From contig CAXXWX010000028.1 in the NCBI GenBank assembly GCA_963675745.2, forward strand, positions 1 to 64,000: a stretch of 64,000 nucleotides of DNA, in the 5' to 3' direction. A model generated the notes under the pieces. That model did not search any database. It saw only the letters and a list, made by a program, of their open reading frames with translations, and had not been told where the DNA came from. Below are positions 27,481 to 38,065 of the stretch, in pieces. The stretch comes from Phycisphaerae bacterium (GTDB lineage Bacteria; Planctomycetota; Phycisphaerae; UBA1845; Fen-1342). A program made the position numbers and the translations under genes. How positions within the stretch are numbered: position 1 is the stretch's first letter; each line of letters begins with the position of its first letter.

Positions 27481-28242
27481 CTAAAGAAAACGTCTCCGAA
27501 TCCAACCCAGCGTACCCAGGCCGACCATGCCGAGCAGCCCGGCGCCCGGCACGGGAACCTGGATCATGGCGAGCTGGTCCTGCTGGAATTTCGTGCGATC
27601 AACGTCACCCCACATGTTCAGGATGCGTACTCGCCCCAAGCCAACCCACTCGGCGGCGCCGTCGGTCGCCGAGCCGTCGTACAGAGTCCCGATCTCGGTC
27701 GCCTCAACGGCCTCATCGTAAAAGTCGACGGCCTTTCCCGACAGACTCGATATCTCACCTTCGATGTACCAGATCGCCTCCTGGAGCGCGCCGGCATCCG
27801 TGGGACGACCCTGGCCGTAGTCATATGACGTACCCAGCGTGCCGAGACGGAAGTGCTGGAAGAGATACGCGGTTCGCGAGTCGAGCGAGTCCGAGGTTGC
27901 GCCGCCGGGCCCCTCGTTGCCGTCTTGTCCGCCAGCGCCGCCGGCGGCCGAGAAGGTGTTGATGTCGGCGAAGTAGTCCGCGGGCGGGTTGACGTGTTCG
28001 GTTCTCTCCACGCAGAAGGTCTGCCACGACCCGTCCGTGATGTCCGCGTACGCGCCGGTTTCACCGATGCTCGCCGCCACGTTCAGGGGCGTAATCGTGA
28101 ACTCACCGCCGTCACCCGAGTAGTGGCCGCTGACACGCGTTAGGTGCACGGCCGTTGGCGTCCCGGAGAAATCGGCTAGCGCCGGCGCGGCCAGCAAGCC
28201 CACGGCGACCAGAATCGTCAAACCTCTCACGCAATATCCCAT
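27481..28242 (-). CDS. PEP-CTERM-like exosortase substrate
   Basis: AGGAAGGA RBS; signal peptide ending PALA; GGEF, TFCVE, ALQEAIW; C-terminal VPVPGAGLLGMVGLGTLGWIRRRFL. Confidence 0.88.
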   Translation of the reverse strand: MGYCVRGLTILVAVGLLAAPALADFSGTPTAVHLTRVSGHYSGDGGEFTITPLNVAASIGETGAYADITDGSWQTFCVERTEHVNPPADYFADINTFSAAGGAGGQDGNEGPGGATSDSLDSRTAYLFQHFRLGTLGTSYDYGQGRPTDAGALQEAIWYIEGEISSLSGKAVDFYDEAVEATEIGTLYDGSATDGAAEWVGLGRVRILNMWGDVDRTKFQQDQLAMIQVPVPGAGLLGMVGLGTLGWIRRRFL

Positions 28243-28658
28243 ATCGTCCTTCCTCTCCCGCGTGCGCTACACCGGGCTCCCAGCGCCCAGATGGCACGCC
28301 CGCTCGTCGTGTGCGTTCTCTATTAGCGAATCCCAAACCGGGTTCGTAACCGGTTCCAACGTCATTGCCGAGTGTATACGCGAGAGTCTGCGATATTCAA
28401 CTGCTATTCTCGTAACTACCCCTCTTTGCGAGACTTACGGGTGATACTCGGACCCTCTAACTGTTATGGGGCCCGTGACGCGTGCCTCGCCCGGACCAAG
28501 TCGCGGATTGGGTTGCCGTGGAACCTCCCGAGCTGCGGGCCAGTCGGGGTAACGGCATCGGTCTATGCCGGCATGATCGGAGGGCAGGCACAGACAACCG
28601 GTCAGGCGGCCGCGGACACCAACGCCGGCCGCGACTGTCCATCGCGCATAATCCCAAC

Positions 28659-28688
28659 TTGAGTAGTGGCCGTTGACGGGTGTATAAT
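28659..28688 (+). promoter_or_regulatory. Sigma70-like promoter upstream of the polysaccharide cluster
   Basis: TTGAGT-N18-TATAAT. Confidence 0.55.
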
Positions 28689-28871
28689 GGCTTAGGAGCA
28701 TTCCCCTGAGCGAGGGAACGGAATCCCGCCGGCAACGACGGAACCGGTGCTTTTACGGGCAGACATTAATCACCTGGCGCGCGTGCGTTAATGTGGTTCC
28801 GGTGCATCAAGCGTGGGCCGCCACTCCCCGCGCTCGTTGCCCAGGTGTACATCAGAGGATTGAGGTTATCC

Positions 28872-29390
28872 GTGAGCGATACGCCGCACATGTGCGAGCA
28901 GTGTTCGCAGCCCGCGAAGACATGCATCCTGCGCGGATACGATGCCGGCAGGCCGGTCTTCGAGCGTCTCTGCTTCGATTGCGCCGACCGGGCCGTCGAC
29001 GCGCCGTTGGCCTTCCGCCGCGACCGCCCCACCGGCGGCACGCTGCTGCTGACCACCGGATTGCTGCTGGCTCTTCTGGTGGGTTCCGTGGACTTTCTCG
29101 GGCCGACGGGAACCGGTGGCTTGGGATGGCTTCAGATTTCCGGGTTGATCCTCGCCCTGGCAACGCTGATCTGCGGCGCCTTGCTCAGTATCGGCCCACT
29201 GATCATCATTGGCGCGGTCGCGCTTTTGCTGGCCGCCGGCGCGGATCTGCTGTCCCTGGGTGGCTCCGAGGGCATCGGCTGGAAACAACAATCCGGCTTG
29301 CTGCTCGCGGCGATCCTGTGTTACTGGGGGCTCCGTCAGCATCGCATCGGACGCGCCCAGCAATTGGCCGCCGAACAAGTCCAACACTGA
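28872..29390 (+). CDS. Membrane protein with N-terminal Cys-rich (Zn-finger-like) domain
   Basis: GAGG then GTG 28872; CEQC..CFDC; about four hydrophobic segments with repeated G.GW.Q..GL.L. Confidence 0.6.
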   Translation: MSDTPHMCEQCSQPAKTCILRGYDAGRPVFERLCFDCADRAVDAPLAFRRDRPTGGTLLLTTGLLLALLVGSVDFLGPTGTGGLGWLQISGLILALATLICGALLSIGPLIIIGAVALLLAAGADLLSLGGSEGIGWKQQSGLLLAAILCYWGLRQHRIGRAQQLAAEQVQH

Positions 29391-29453
29391 CAATCGTAAA
29401 CTTCATCCAGCAAACTCCGCGCTCGGCGCGGCTGATGAAACAAAGCAGGCTCA

Positions 29454-31475
29454 ATGCAATCATTGGCGTGGTACATCCGTCGTTTGAGTGCGATGCCCGC
29501 TGCGGAAATCGCCTGGCGCATCCGCTCCTCAATGCGCGATCGCGTCGATCGTCTACTTGTCAACGCGCGCGGTCGTCAGCGGCGGCCCGAAGAATTTCTC
29601 GACAATAACCGGCCGGACGAACCCGGATTTCGAGCTACCAGCGTGCCGGTCGGCGCCTGGACAGATGGCGCGGCACCGCACCCCGATTGGCTCTCAGCGC
29701 TCACGAGCCGGGCCGACCGGATCGCCGAGCATCGCCTGAGCTTCTTTGACCTCGATGATCACCACCTCGGGGATCCGATTGACTGGAACCGCGATCACAA
29801 GCGCCAGCAACCAACACCGACTTCTTACGCCGCCAACATCGACTATCGCGATGTGCGCGAAGCCGGCGACTGCAAGTTCGTTTGGGAACCCAACCGCCAT
29901 CACCACCTGGTTGTGCTTGCACAGGCGTATCGCGCCACCCGCGAGAAGCGTTACGCGGCCGCGGTCGCCGAGCAGCTCGAAAGCTGGCTCGACCAGTGCC
30001 CGTTTGGAACGGGGATGAACTGGCGCAGCCCGCTTGAACTCGGCATCAGGTTGATCAACTGGGTCTGGGCGCTTGATATGACGCGCGAGGCGGATGCCCT
30101 TTCGAGCGACCTGCGCGCGCGCCTGTTGTACTCGGTTTACCTGCACACCTGGGAGATCGCGCGCAAGTATTCGCAAGCCTCGTCGGCCAACAACCACCTG
30201 ATCGGCGAAGCGGCGGGTGTATTTGTCGCCGCCTGCTACTTTCGCAACCTCAAGCACGCCGACCGCTGGCGCGACGAGGCGCTTACGATCCTGACCGAAC
30301 AGGCGCTGGCCCAGTCATACGCTGACGGGGGCACGCGCGAGCAGGCGCTCGGCTATCAGCTCTTCGTCCTCCAGTTCTTCCTGGTCGCGCTCATCGTTGC
30401 CCGGCGCGCCAACGTCAGCGTCTCGGCGAGTTTTGAGCAGCGCGTCGCCAAGATGCTGGCGTTCATCGGCACACTCAGCGAAGCCGGCCACCTGCCTCTC
30501 TTCGGCGACGATGACAGCGGCTATGTGCTGGACCTCGGCGGACAGCGCAACGATCCGCGCTGGCTGCTCGTGACCGGCGCCGCCCTCGTCGAGCTGCCTC
30601 CTTTTGAGAGCGTCTCAGACACCAGCTACCCCGCGCCGGCGTATTGGCTCCTGGGGCCCGACCAGCGAAAGCACGACGTGATCGCCGGTGACAGCGTTAC
30701 TCCGGGGATTGGCCCGCACGCCTTTCCAGAGTCCGGCTATTACCTGCTGCAGTCGGGCGCAGACTCGTGGGCCGACAGTCGCATCAGCGTTGTGTTTGAC
30801 TGCGGCGAACTGGGTTTCGGCGCCCTTGCGGCGCACGGCCACGCCGACGCGCTCAGCTTCACAATGCGCGCGTTTGGCGATGACGTTTTCGTGGACCCCG
30901 GCACGTACGACTACTTCAGCTATCCCGAGTGGCGCGAGTACTTCCGCTCAACCCGGGCGCACAACACCGTCGTAATCGACGGCCTGGACCAGTCCGAGAT
31001 GCTTGGGCCATTCCTCTGGGGTCGCCGGGCCACGGCCAGTTGCGAATTATGGGCCCCGACCTGCAATGGCGGCCGCGTACGCGGTCAACACACCGGTTAT
31101 CACCGCCTTACGCCACCAGTCATGCACCGCCGCACGCTGGAGTTGGACGGCGCGTCGGGGCGTTTGGTTATCACCGACGAGCTGGCCGGCTGCGCCAACC
31201 GCCGCGTGCAGGTTGTATTTCACCTGGCCGAGACCTGCCACGTTGTGGAAACGGACGGTCAGCGTGTCCGCATCGACACGGGACACGGGCGTGTCACGCT
31301 GGAGTTCGACGAGCGGCTTTCGGTGGACAGGCTATCTGGCAGCACGCAGCCGATCGCGGGTTGGGTCAGCCGCGGGTATCACCAAAAAACACCCAGCACC
31401 ACGCTTATAGGAGAAATTCTGCCCAACGAGACGGAGGTCGAATTGGTCTGCCGAGTGGAGATCGATCGAGCATAG
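29454..31475 (+). CDS. Heparinase II/III-like (alginate lyase family) protein
   Basis: KFVWEPNRHHHL, SANNHLIGE, AHGHADALSF, VDPGTYDY, FRSTRAHNTV, GWVSRGY. Confidence 0.9.
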   Translation: MQSLAWYIRRLSAMPAAEIAWRIRSSMRDRVDRLLVNARGRQRRPEEFLDNNRPDEPGFRATSVPVGAWTDGAAPHPDWLSALTSRADRIAEHRLSFFDLDDHHLGDPIDWNRDHKRQQPTPTSYAANIDYRDVREAGDCKFVWEPNRHHHLVVLAQAYRATREKRYAAAVAEQLESWLDQCPFGTGMNWRSPLELGIRLINWVWALDMTREADALSSDLRARLLYSVYLHTWEIARKYSQASSANNHLIGEAAGVFVAACYFRNLKHADRWRDEALTILTEQALAQSYADGGTREQALGYQLFVLQFFLVALIVARRANVSVSASFEQRVAKMLAFIGTLSEAGHLPLFGDDDSGYVLDLGGQRNDPRWLLVTGAALVELPPFESVSDTSYPAPAYWLLGPDQRKHDVIAGDSVTPGIGPHAFPESGYYLLQSGADSWADSRISVVFDCGELGFGALAAHGHADALSFTMRAFGDDVFVDPGTYDYFSYPEWREYFRSTRAHNTVVIDGLDQSEMLGPFLWGRRATASCELWAPTCNGGRVRGQHTGYHRLTPPVMHRRTLELDGASGRLVITDELAGCANRRVQVVFHLAETCHVVETDGQRVRIDTGHGRVTLEFDERLSVDRLSGSTQPIAGWVSRGYHQKTPSTTLIGEILPNETEVELVCRVEIDRA

Positions 31476-31707
31476 TGGCGCCTCGTGGGCTTTGTATCAG
31501 ACGGCGCGGGTTGGGCCGGTTTGGGCCCCGGCACAGATCGTGTGCTAATTAGCTTGTCCAATTGGGCATAGTGGCCTAAGATTACAAGAGTTCGGGTATA
31601 GATTTACCGCACGGATGCACCTGTTTTAGTGGAAACGGACGCCATGGCCGTCGGCGGCGCACTCTGTGCGCGGGAAGGGGGTACGAGGTCAAGTGGGAGA
31701 CAACTGC

Positions 31708-32865
31708 ATGGGGTCTGCCGTACCCGGTGCGCGAGGTGTAATTCTTGCAGGGGTGCATCGCTGGGGCGAATCGTCCTTCGAGCGCATCCTGCCGCGCCCA
31801 CTCATCCCGGTTGCCGATTCCCCGGTGATCTCGTTTGCGCTGCGCTGGCTTCGCGACGCAAGCGTGAGCTCTTCGACGATATGCGCGAACAGCGAATCAC
31901 GACTTATGAGGCGTTTGCTTGGTGATGGCCGCCACCTGGGCCTGGATCTCAACTATTATGAGGATATGACGCCGCGCGGCCCGGCCGGCTGCGTGCGTGA
32001 CGCGGGTCAGGAGTGGTCCGCCGACGACCTGATAGTGGTTGAAGGAAGCGTGATTCCGTCGCTTGACTTGAACGACATCCTGAATGCACACCGCCAGTCG
32101 GGCGCCGGTCTGACCGTTGTCGTGGAGCAGGCCGCCGCCAAGCGCGTTGACACGGCCGTGGGTTTGCGCCCGGTCGGGATCTATCTGCTGGCGCGGCGGG
32201 TGCTGGATCTAATCCCGGAGACCGGCTATCAGGACATCAAGGAGGGCCTGATCCCGTTGTTGTACCGGGCTGACGAGCCCATCCTGCCGTATCGCACCGA
32301 CGCGCCCTGCCCGCGCATCACAAACGTTGACACATATCTTGCGGCAAACGAGTGGGCGATTCATCAGATCGTCGCGGATGAGGCAAGCAACGCATGGGGC
32401 CCCCGCCGGGGCAACACACGCATCCACGCGACCGCCGAGGTGGCTGCGGACGCCAGGTTCATCGGCCCGGTGCTGATCGGACCCGGGGCGAGGATTGGGG
32501 CGGCGACAACCATTGTGGGCCCCACAGTGGTCGGACGCGGCTGTGAAGTTGGCAGCGACGTGTTGATTTGCCGTTCGGCGTTATGGGATCAATGCAAGGT
32601 CGGCGCGGGGGCGACTGTTGACCACTGCATTCTGCCGTTTGGCGCAACGGTGAAACCGAACACAGGCATCATGAATCGCCTGTGCACTCCGGGGCCCATA
32701 ACCACGTACGGGTCCGAATCCGTAGCCGACCGGGAAGCACGCCCCGGCGACATCAAGCATGCTAAACATGACGGCCGGGACAGCCGATCAGCGAGGTATC
32801 CGCGAACTAAGCTGCCGATTCTTGATGCCGTTGCGCGGTGGATGAGCGTAGGCGATGCCCGATAG
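31708..32865 (+). CDS. NDP-sugar synthase-like protein (nucleotidyltransferase + left-handed beta-helix), degenerate signature
   Basis: GVILAG..PRPLIPVA, PRGPAGCVRDA, GIY, GYQDIKEGLIP; hexapeptide repeats GPVLIGPGARIG. Confidence 0.8.
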   Translation: MGSAVPGARGVILAGVHRWGESSFERILPRPLIPVADSPVISFALRWLRDASVSSSTICANSESRLMRRLLGDGRHLGLDLNYYEDMTPRGPAGCVRDAGQEWSADDLIVVEGSVIPSLDLNDILNAHRQSGAGLTVVVEQAAAKRVDTAVGLRPVGIYLLARRVLDLIPETGYQDIKEGLIPLLYRADEPILPYRTDAPCPRITNVDTYLAANEWAIHQIVADEASNAWGPRRGNTRIHATAEVAADARFIGPVLIGPGARIGAATTIVGPTVVGRGCEVGSDVLICRSALWDQCKVGAGATVDHCILPFGATVKPNTGIMNRLCTPGPITTYGSESVADREARPGDIKHAKHDGRDSRSARYPRTKLPILDAVARWMSVGDAR

Positions 32866-35119
32866 CATGAAACCGGATTCAGTGTCCGACGAGTGGTCTG
32901 ATGCGCTGGTGCCGAGTGGCCCCGCGCCCGCGCCCGCCGTCCTGGCCGGCCATTCTGAACATCACCACACAATGCCTCACGGCATGTCAACCGCGCGGCT
33001 GCTTCAACACAAGTGGTTGGGACTCGCCGTGTTTCTGGTGGTGGCCGTCCCGGTCATTGGCGTAGTCATCTTCACGCACGTCCCGGTATATGAAGCGCGC
33101 GCAACGATCGAAGTCTCTCCGACCGTCGAGAACATCGTCAGTGATCCGACCTCTGTGCCGCGCTATCGCCAGTACCTGAACGACCAGGCCGCCCTGATCC
33201 AGAGCGACCGCATCCTTCAGCGCGTACTCGATCAGGCCCCGGTGCGCGAGACCGAGTGGTTCAAAAGCGCCGCGGCGTTGAACGGCTCGCGATTGCATGG
33301 AATGCGCAGCGCGCTGAGTGTGAGTCCCCGAAGCAACACGTCACTGATCGACATCAGCATGTCGGCTGAATCCCCATCCGAGGCGACGTTGATTGCCAAC
33401 GCCGTGATGGATGAGTACCTGTCCGAGGTGTATGGCCGCGCGAATGAGACCGGGAACATCCGTCTCAGTCGCATTGAGGATGAGCTCAAGACCTTGCGCG
33501 GGAATATCGACGATCTGCGGGCCGGGATAACCGCGCAGCGCGCCGACGCCGGCCACTGGTCTCCCGAACAGCTACTGGCGCAACAACGCATGCGTCTTGA
33601 CCAGCGTCAGGTCGAGCGCGAGGCCATTCGCAACCGGATCACGATCGCCACGTGGCGCCTGGACCAGCTCAAGGCGCGGCAAGAGCGCCTGGCCAATCCG
33701 GAGGATGCGTCGACCACGCAACCATCCGAGTTGGAGGACATTCTGCCGCCGCCCCCCTACGAAGCAGATCCGGAGTGGCGCCGCTTGAATCTGGCCTGTC
33801 AGTCGGCCAAGGACGCAATAGAGCTGGAAACTCATCTGGGTGACGAGCACCCGCGCATGGTCAAGCTGCGTACGGCGGAACAGCAGGCGGAAGCCAAGCT
33901 CAGAACGCACGAGCAGCAGTTGGACGTCGCCTGGAGCGTCGCCCCGCCGACGAGCGGCGATGCGACCGTTGCCGGCGGGGTACCCCAGCCTACCGAACAT
34001 GATCTCCGCGAGCTGATCGCACTTACGCAGGAGGAGCTGAAGCTGCAGGAGGCGGCGATCCGCGACGAGGAAGAGCGGGTTCAACGCAGCGCCAAAATCG
34101 CAGCGCGCCTGCAGGAACGGCTGAACGAACTCGCACACTTCGAGCAGCGCTACGAGGAGCTGCGCGATCGCAAGGTCACGATGGTCATGGAGAGTCGGGC
34201 GCCCGCTTCCATTCGCGCGTTTGATCGCGCGATGGTGCGTCCCGAGCCGGTCAACACGCGCACGCGCCTGATGATGATCGCCGCGGCCCTGTTTGGCAGC
34301 CTGTTTCTTGGCGTGGGCGCCGCGTATGTGCGGGCACGCGCCGCCACGGCGATTCAGGACTTCGATGAGATGGCCTTTACCAAGGCCCCGTTCCTGGGCT
34401 TCATTCCCATCGTACGCAGTCCCGAGTTAGCTGAATCGGCCGTGCGTGCCGAGCACATTCGCATGGTACGTACCGCCTTGCTCCAGCGCCTTGCCACCGG
34501 ACATGGCAAGACCATTCAGATCACCAGCGCCGGCCCCGGGGCCGGAAAGTCCACGCTTGCCGTGCTGCTGGCCGACAGTCTGGCGCGTTGCGGCAAGAAG
34601 GTGCTGCTGGTTGACGGCGATCTGCGCAACCCCAGTCTGCACGAGCGCTGCCAGATCAAAGCCGAACCCGGTCTCATAGACGTGCTCCGCGCGCGGGCTT
34701 CCGACGCCGAGGCAATCACGGCAATGACCGGCTCCGGCATCGCCATTCTGCCCGCGGGCCACATGCAGGGCGCCGCGGATGCCGAACTGCTGGCGAACGG
34801 GGTGCTGTCCCGCGTCGTCCAGCGCTGGTCGGACCAGTTTGACATCATCCTGTTCGACAGCGCCCCGCTGCTGCCGGTCGCCGACGCGCGCATTCTCGCG
34901 ACGCAGGTAAGCGGGACGTTGATGGTTGTGCGCCAGAAACACTGTCACCGCGCGGACGTTTCGGATGCCATGCGGCAGCTCACCATGTCAGGCGCGACCG
35001 TGATGGGCATGGTGTTTGTCGGCGAACGACGCTACGGCACCTACCGCAACGCCTATTACGCCGAAGGGTATTACGGAACTGGAACCGACCATCTGGCGCT
35101 CGATGCCCGGGAGGTCTAG
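32855..35119 (+). CDS. wzc: Wzc-type polysaccharide co-polymerase / BY tyrosine kinase
   Basis: Two TM segments around a coiled-coil; Walker A GPGAGKS, DGDLR, DSAP; Tyr-rich tail YGTYRNAYYAEGYY. Confidence 0.9.
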   Translation: MPDSMKPDSVSDEWSDALVPSGPAPAPAVLAGHSEHHHTMPHGMSTARLLQHKWLGLAVFLVVAVPVIGVVIFTHVPVYEARATIEVSPTVENIVSDPTSVPRYRQYLNDQAALIQSDRILQRVLDQAPVRETEWFKSAAALNGSRLHGMRSALSVSPRSNTSLIDISMSAESPSEATLIANAVMDEYLSEVYGRANETGNIRLSRIEDELKTLRGNIDDLRAGITAQRADAGHWSPEQLLAQQRMRLDQRQVEREAIRNRITIATWRLDQLKARQERLANPEDASTTQPSELEDILPPPPYEADPEWRRLNLACQSAKDAIELETHLGDEHPRMVKLRTAEQQAEAKLRTHEQQLDVAWSVAPPTSGDATVAGGVPQPTEHDLRELIALTQEELKLQEAAIRDEEERVQRSAKIAARLQERLNELAHFEQRYEELRDRKVTMVMESRAPASIRAFDRAMVRPEPVNTRTRLMMIAAALFGSLFLGVGAAYVRARAATAIQDFDEMAFTKAPFLGFIPIVRSPELAESAVRAEHIRMVRTALLQRLATGHGKTIQITSAGPGAGKSTLAVLLADSLARCGKKVLLVDGDLRNPSLHERCQIKAEPGLIDVLRARASDAEAITAMTGSGIAILPAGHMQGAADAELLANGVLSRVVQRWSDQFDIILFDSAPLLPVADARILATQVSGTLMVVRQKHCHRADVSDAMRQLTMSGATVMGMVFVGERRYGTYRNAYYAEGYYGTGTDHLALDAREV

Positions 35120-35125
35120 CGCGCC

Positions 35126-36895
35126 ATGTCCGTATTTCCGGTATTCGTTGATTCGCGGCCGACATACTTCGGTGAGGTCGAGACCTCGCTACTGCAGATG
35201 CCCTATGGGCACGGCACAATCCTGACCTATTTGCGCGATCACGTTTCTCCGCCCGATGCGGGCGCGCCGCACGTATTGGCCGCCTTCAATCCTCCGCCCG
35301 GCTACGAAGAGGCTATCCGACGGAGTCTGCCGCACGTCGGCTCCATTGTTGGCTCGGGGCGCTTCGGGCGGCTCCTGGATGAGTTTGAACCCTCGGACTG
35401 GCTGCTGTTGATCGACCCGGCGCAGTTCCCACGTGACGGCTACGTGCGTCGCGACCTGTTGCACCTGATCGCGGACACCCATCCGGTCAGGCACATGGTG
35501 TCCACCGACCGCGGCAGCGATTGTGCGCAGGAACGTGTGCTGCTGGACGAACGCGGCGCCGTGCGGCGTATTCAGCGTTACTACGCGGGTGTCACCTGGG
35601 TCGATAGCTGCGCCGTATCCTACTCGCTGGTCTCCGCCTCTGCCGCTCGCGTCGTCGGCGATCACTCGGTGTCGAGTTTGGGCGACCTACGGCATATCCT
35701 CATGACACGCGGCATCTCCACGCGGGACTGGTTTCTGAGTAACGGCACGATCGATCTACGTCAGGAATACGGGCTGCTGCATCTCAGCGATCTGAACCTC
35801 CAGCAAGCCGAGTCGCGCGGCCAGCGCGTCACGCCACGCGAAAACGGATGTACCGTCGACAAAACAGCACGCTTGCGCGGGCCGTGCACGCTGCAAAACG
35901 GCGTGGTGGTGGAAGCTAATGCGCTGATCATCGGGCCGACCGTTATCGGGGCGCGTGCGCGAATCGGGCGTGACGCCGTGGTCGCCCAGTGCGTCGTGGC
36001 CGAAGACACTGTCGTACCACCGGGGGCGCAGTTGCGACATCACGTGTTGCTGCCCAACCACACGAATCATGAGGCGCGCGTTTGCGCCCAGCGCGAGCCG
36101 GCGGCCGCGCTCAGAGATGACTTTGTCAGCGATGGTCACACGACGCGCGGCGCCGCACGTTCGCGGCTCGGTACGCGGGCATTCCTCGCGACCAAGCGCT
36201 GCGTCGACACGTTGCTGGCCCTGGTCGGCCTGATCCTGCTGTCCCCGCTGATGTTGCTGACGGCGGTCGCGATCAAGCTGACCTCCCCCGGGCCGATACT
36301 CTTTGGCCACGAGCGCGAGAGCGGCGGTGGTCGCGGGTTCAAGTGCTGGAAATTCCGCACGATGGTCTCCGACGCCCACGCCATGCAGCGTGAGCTCTAC
36401 CGGCAAAACAAGCTTGACGGCCCCCAGTTCAAAATGACCTCGGACCCGCGCATCACCCCATTGGGACGCATCTTGCGCAACAGCAACGTTGACGAGCTAC
36501 CGCAGCTCTTGAACGTACTCAAAGGCGACATGAGCCTCATCGGGCCGCGGCCATCTCCGTTTCGCGAGAACCAGATCTGCGTGCCCTGGCGTCAGGCCCG
36601 GCTCTCGGTGCGCCCCGGTATCACCGGACTCTGGCAGGTTTGCCGCAGCGATCGTGCCACGGGCGACTTCCACCAGTGGATCTACTTCGACACGCTTTAC
36701 GTGCGCCACATGTCCGTGGCACTTGATCTCAAGATTCTCCTCGCGACAATCCTCACTCTTGGTGGGCGCTGGAGTATGCCGCTCGAGTGGCTGATCTCCG
36801 CGCGCCGTTTAAACGCCGATGCGTCGGCCACCTTGCCATCCCGCGTCCCCATGTTGGCTGACGGCGATATGCCCGTAGCGCCTGCCGCCGACTGA
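35126..36895 (+). CDS. Priming polyprenyl-phosphate sugar transferase with N-terminal nucleotidyltransferase-like/LbH region
   Basis: [54 protein letters not shown]. Confidence 0.9.
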   Translation: MSVFPVFVDSRPTYFGEVETSLLQMPYGHGTILTYLRDHVSPPDAGAPHVLAAFNPPPGYEEAIRRSLPHVGSIVGSGRFGRLLDEFEPSDWLLLIDPAQFPRDGYVRRDLLHLIADTHPVRHMVSTDRGSDCAQERVLLDERGAVRRIQRYYAGVTWVDSCAVSYSLVSASAARVVGDHSVSSLGDLRHILMTRGISTRDWFLSNGTIDLRQEYGLLHLSDLNLQQAESRGQRVTPRENGCTVDKTARLRGPCTLQNGVVVEANALIIGPTVIGARARIGRDAVVAQCVVAEDTVVPPGAQLRHHVLLPNHTNHEARVCAQREPAAALRDDFVSDGHTTRGAARSRLGTRAFLATKRCVDTLLALVGLILLSPLMLLTAVAIKLTSPGPILFGHERESGGGRGFKCWKFRTMVSDAHAMQRELYRQNKLDGPQFKMTSDPRITPLGRILRNSNVDELPQLLNVLKGDMSLIGPRPSPFRENQICVPWRQARLSVRPGITGLWQVCRSDRATGDFHQWIYFDTLYVRHMSVALDLKILLATILTLGGRWSMPLEWLISARRLNADASATLPSRVPMLADGDMPVAPAAD

Positions 36896-36934
36896 TCAGC
36901 GGTACGGGTACACTAATGATGTCGTGAGGCTCCC

Positions 36935-38053
36935 ATGACAACCAGCGCTGCTGTTGACTGCAACCGCATAACACGCCTGCGAGAGATCGCGCTGCGCGCC
37001 TTGCCGCGCATGTACCTGCCTGAGCAGCGGCGCTTCGTCTTCCGCGTGCGCCGATCCGCCGACGGCGTTGTCCCGCAGGGTGTGAGCCTGCGTTACACGG
37101 CGATAACGCTGATCGGATTGGCTGGTGAGCAGGAACATGTGGCCGCGGACGTGCTCGGCGCGGGGTCTGTCGGCAGCGTCTGCCAGGATCTACTGGCCGC
37201 CGCACCAACTCTGACCAACGCCGGTGACGTCGCGCTGTCGATCTGGGCGGCGCATCGCGCCGGACAGCACGACACCGACCGCGCACTCGCGCACCTGCGA
37301 AGCCTGCTCCACCAACCAGGGCTGCCCACGGTAGAAGTCGCCTGGGCGCTTACAGCCTTGTCGCTGGCCCCCAATCACGCGGCGGTCGAGTCGTTGCGCG
37401 CCGAGGTCGCGCAGCGGCTGCGATCGGCGTTTGTGGCGACTACGGGGTTATTCAGACATCATGTAGACAATCCCAGCGGGCTGCGCGCACACGTCGGCTG
37501 TTTTGCCGACCTCGTTTACCCGATCCAGGCGTATGCGCACTATGCACGCGTCGCGCCGGATTCCGACGCGCTGGTGCTGGCCGGGCAGTGCGCCCAGGCC
37601 ACCTGCGACCGGCTCGGCGCCGCCGGGCAATGGTGGTGGCACTACGACGTCCGGAGCGGCCAGGTGCTGGAGGGCTATCCGGTGTACTCTGTCCACCAGG
37701 ATGCGATGGCCCCCATGGCCTTGCTGGATCTGGCGGACGCCGGCGGCACGTTGCATCGTGAGGCCATTGATCGGGGCCTGGCCTGGCTGGCCGCATCCCC
37801 CGAGCTCAATGGGGCATCGCTGGTGGACGATAAGATAGGGATAATCTGGCGCAAAGTGGCACGCCGCGAGCCGCGCAAGCTGGTCCGCCGCTCCCAGGCA
37901 CTGGCGGCGCGCGTGCACTCGGCGTTGCGCGTTCCCGGCGTGAACACGTTATTTCCACCCGGCGCCATCGACGACGAATGCCGGCCCTATCATCTCGGTT
38001 GGCTACTGTACGCCTGGCCGCAGCAGCGTGCCACGGATTGGTGTGCCGCGTAA
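36935..38053 (+). CDS. Conserved-looking hypothetical protein of the polysaccharide cluster
   Basis: Good coding frame in operon; CFADLVYP, GQWWWHYD, YPVYSVHQDAMAPM, ECRPYHLGW. Confidence 0.7.
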   Translation: MTTSAAVDCNRITRLREIALRALPRMYLPEQRRFVFRVRRSADGVVPQGVSLRYTAITLIGLAGEQEHVAADVLGAGSVGSVCQDLLAAAPTLTNAGDVALSIWAAHRAGQHDTDRALAHLRSLLHQPGLPTVEVAWALTALSLAPNHAAVESLRAEVAQRLRSAFVATTGLFRHHVDNPSGLRAHVGCFADLVYPIQAYAHYARVAPDSDALVLAGQCAQATCDRLGAAGQWWWHYDVRSGQVLEGYPVYSVHQDAMAPMALLDLADAGGTLHREAIDRGLAWLAASPELNGASLVDDKIGIIWRKVARREPRKLVRRSQALAARVHSALRVPGVNTLFPPGAIDDECRPYHLGWLLYAWPQQRATDWCAA

Positions 38054-38065
38054 GAGACTCGATAG

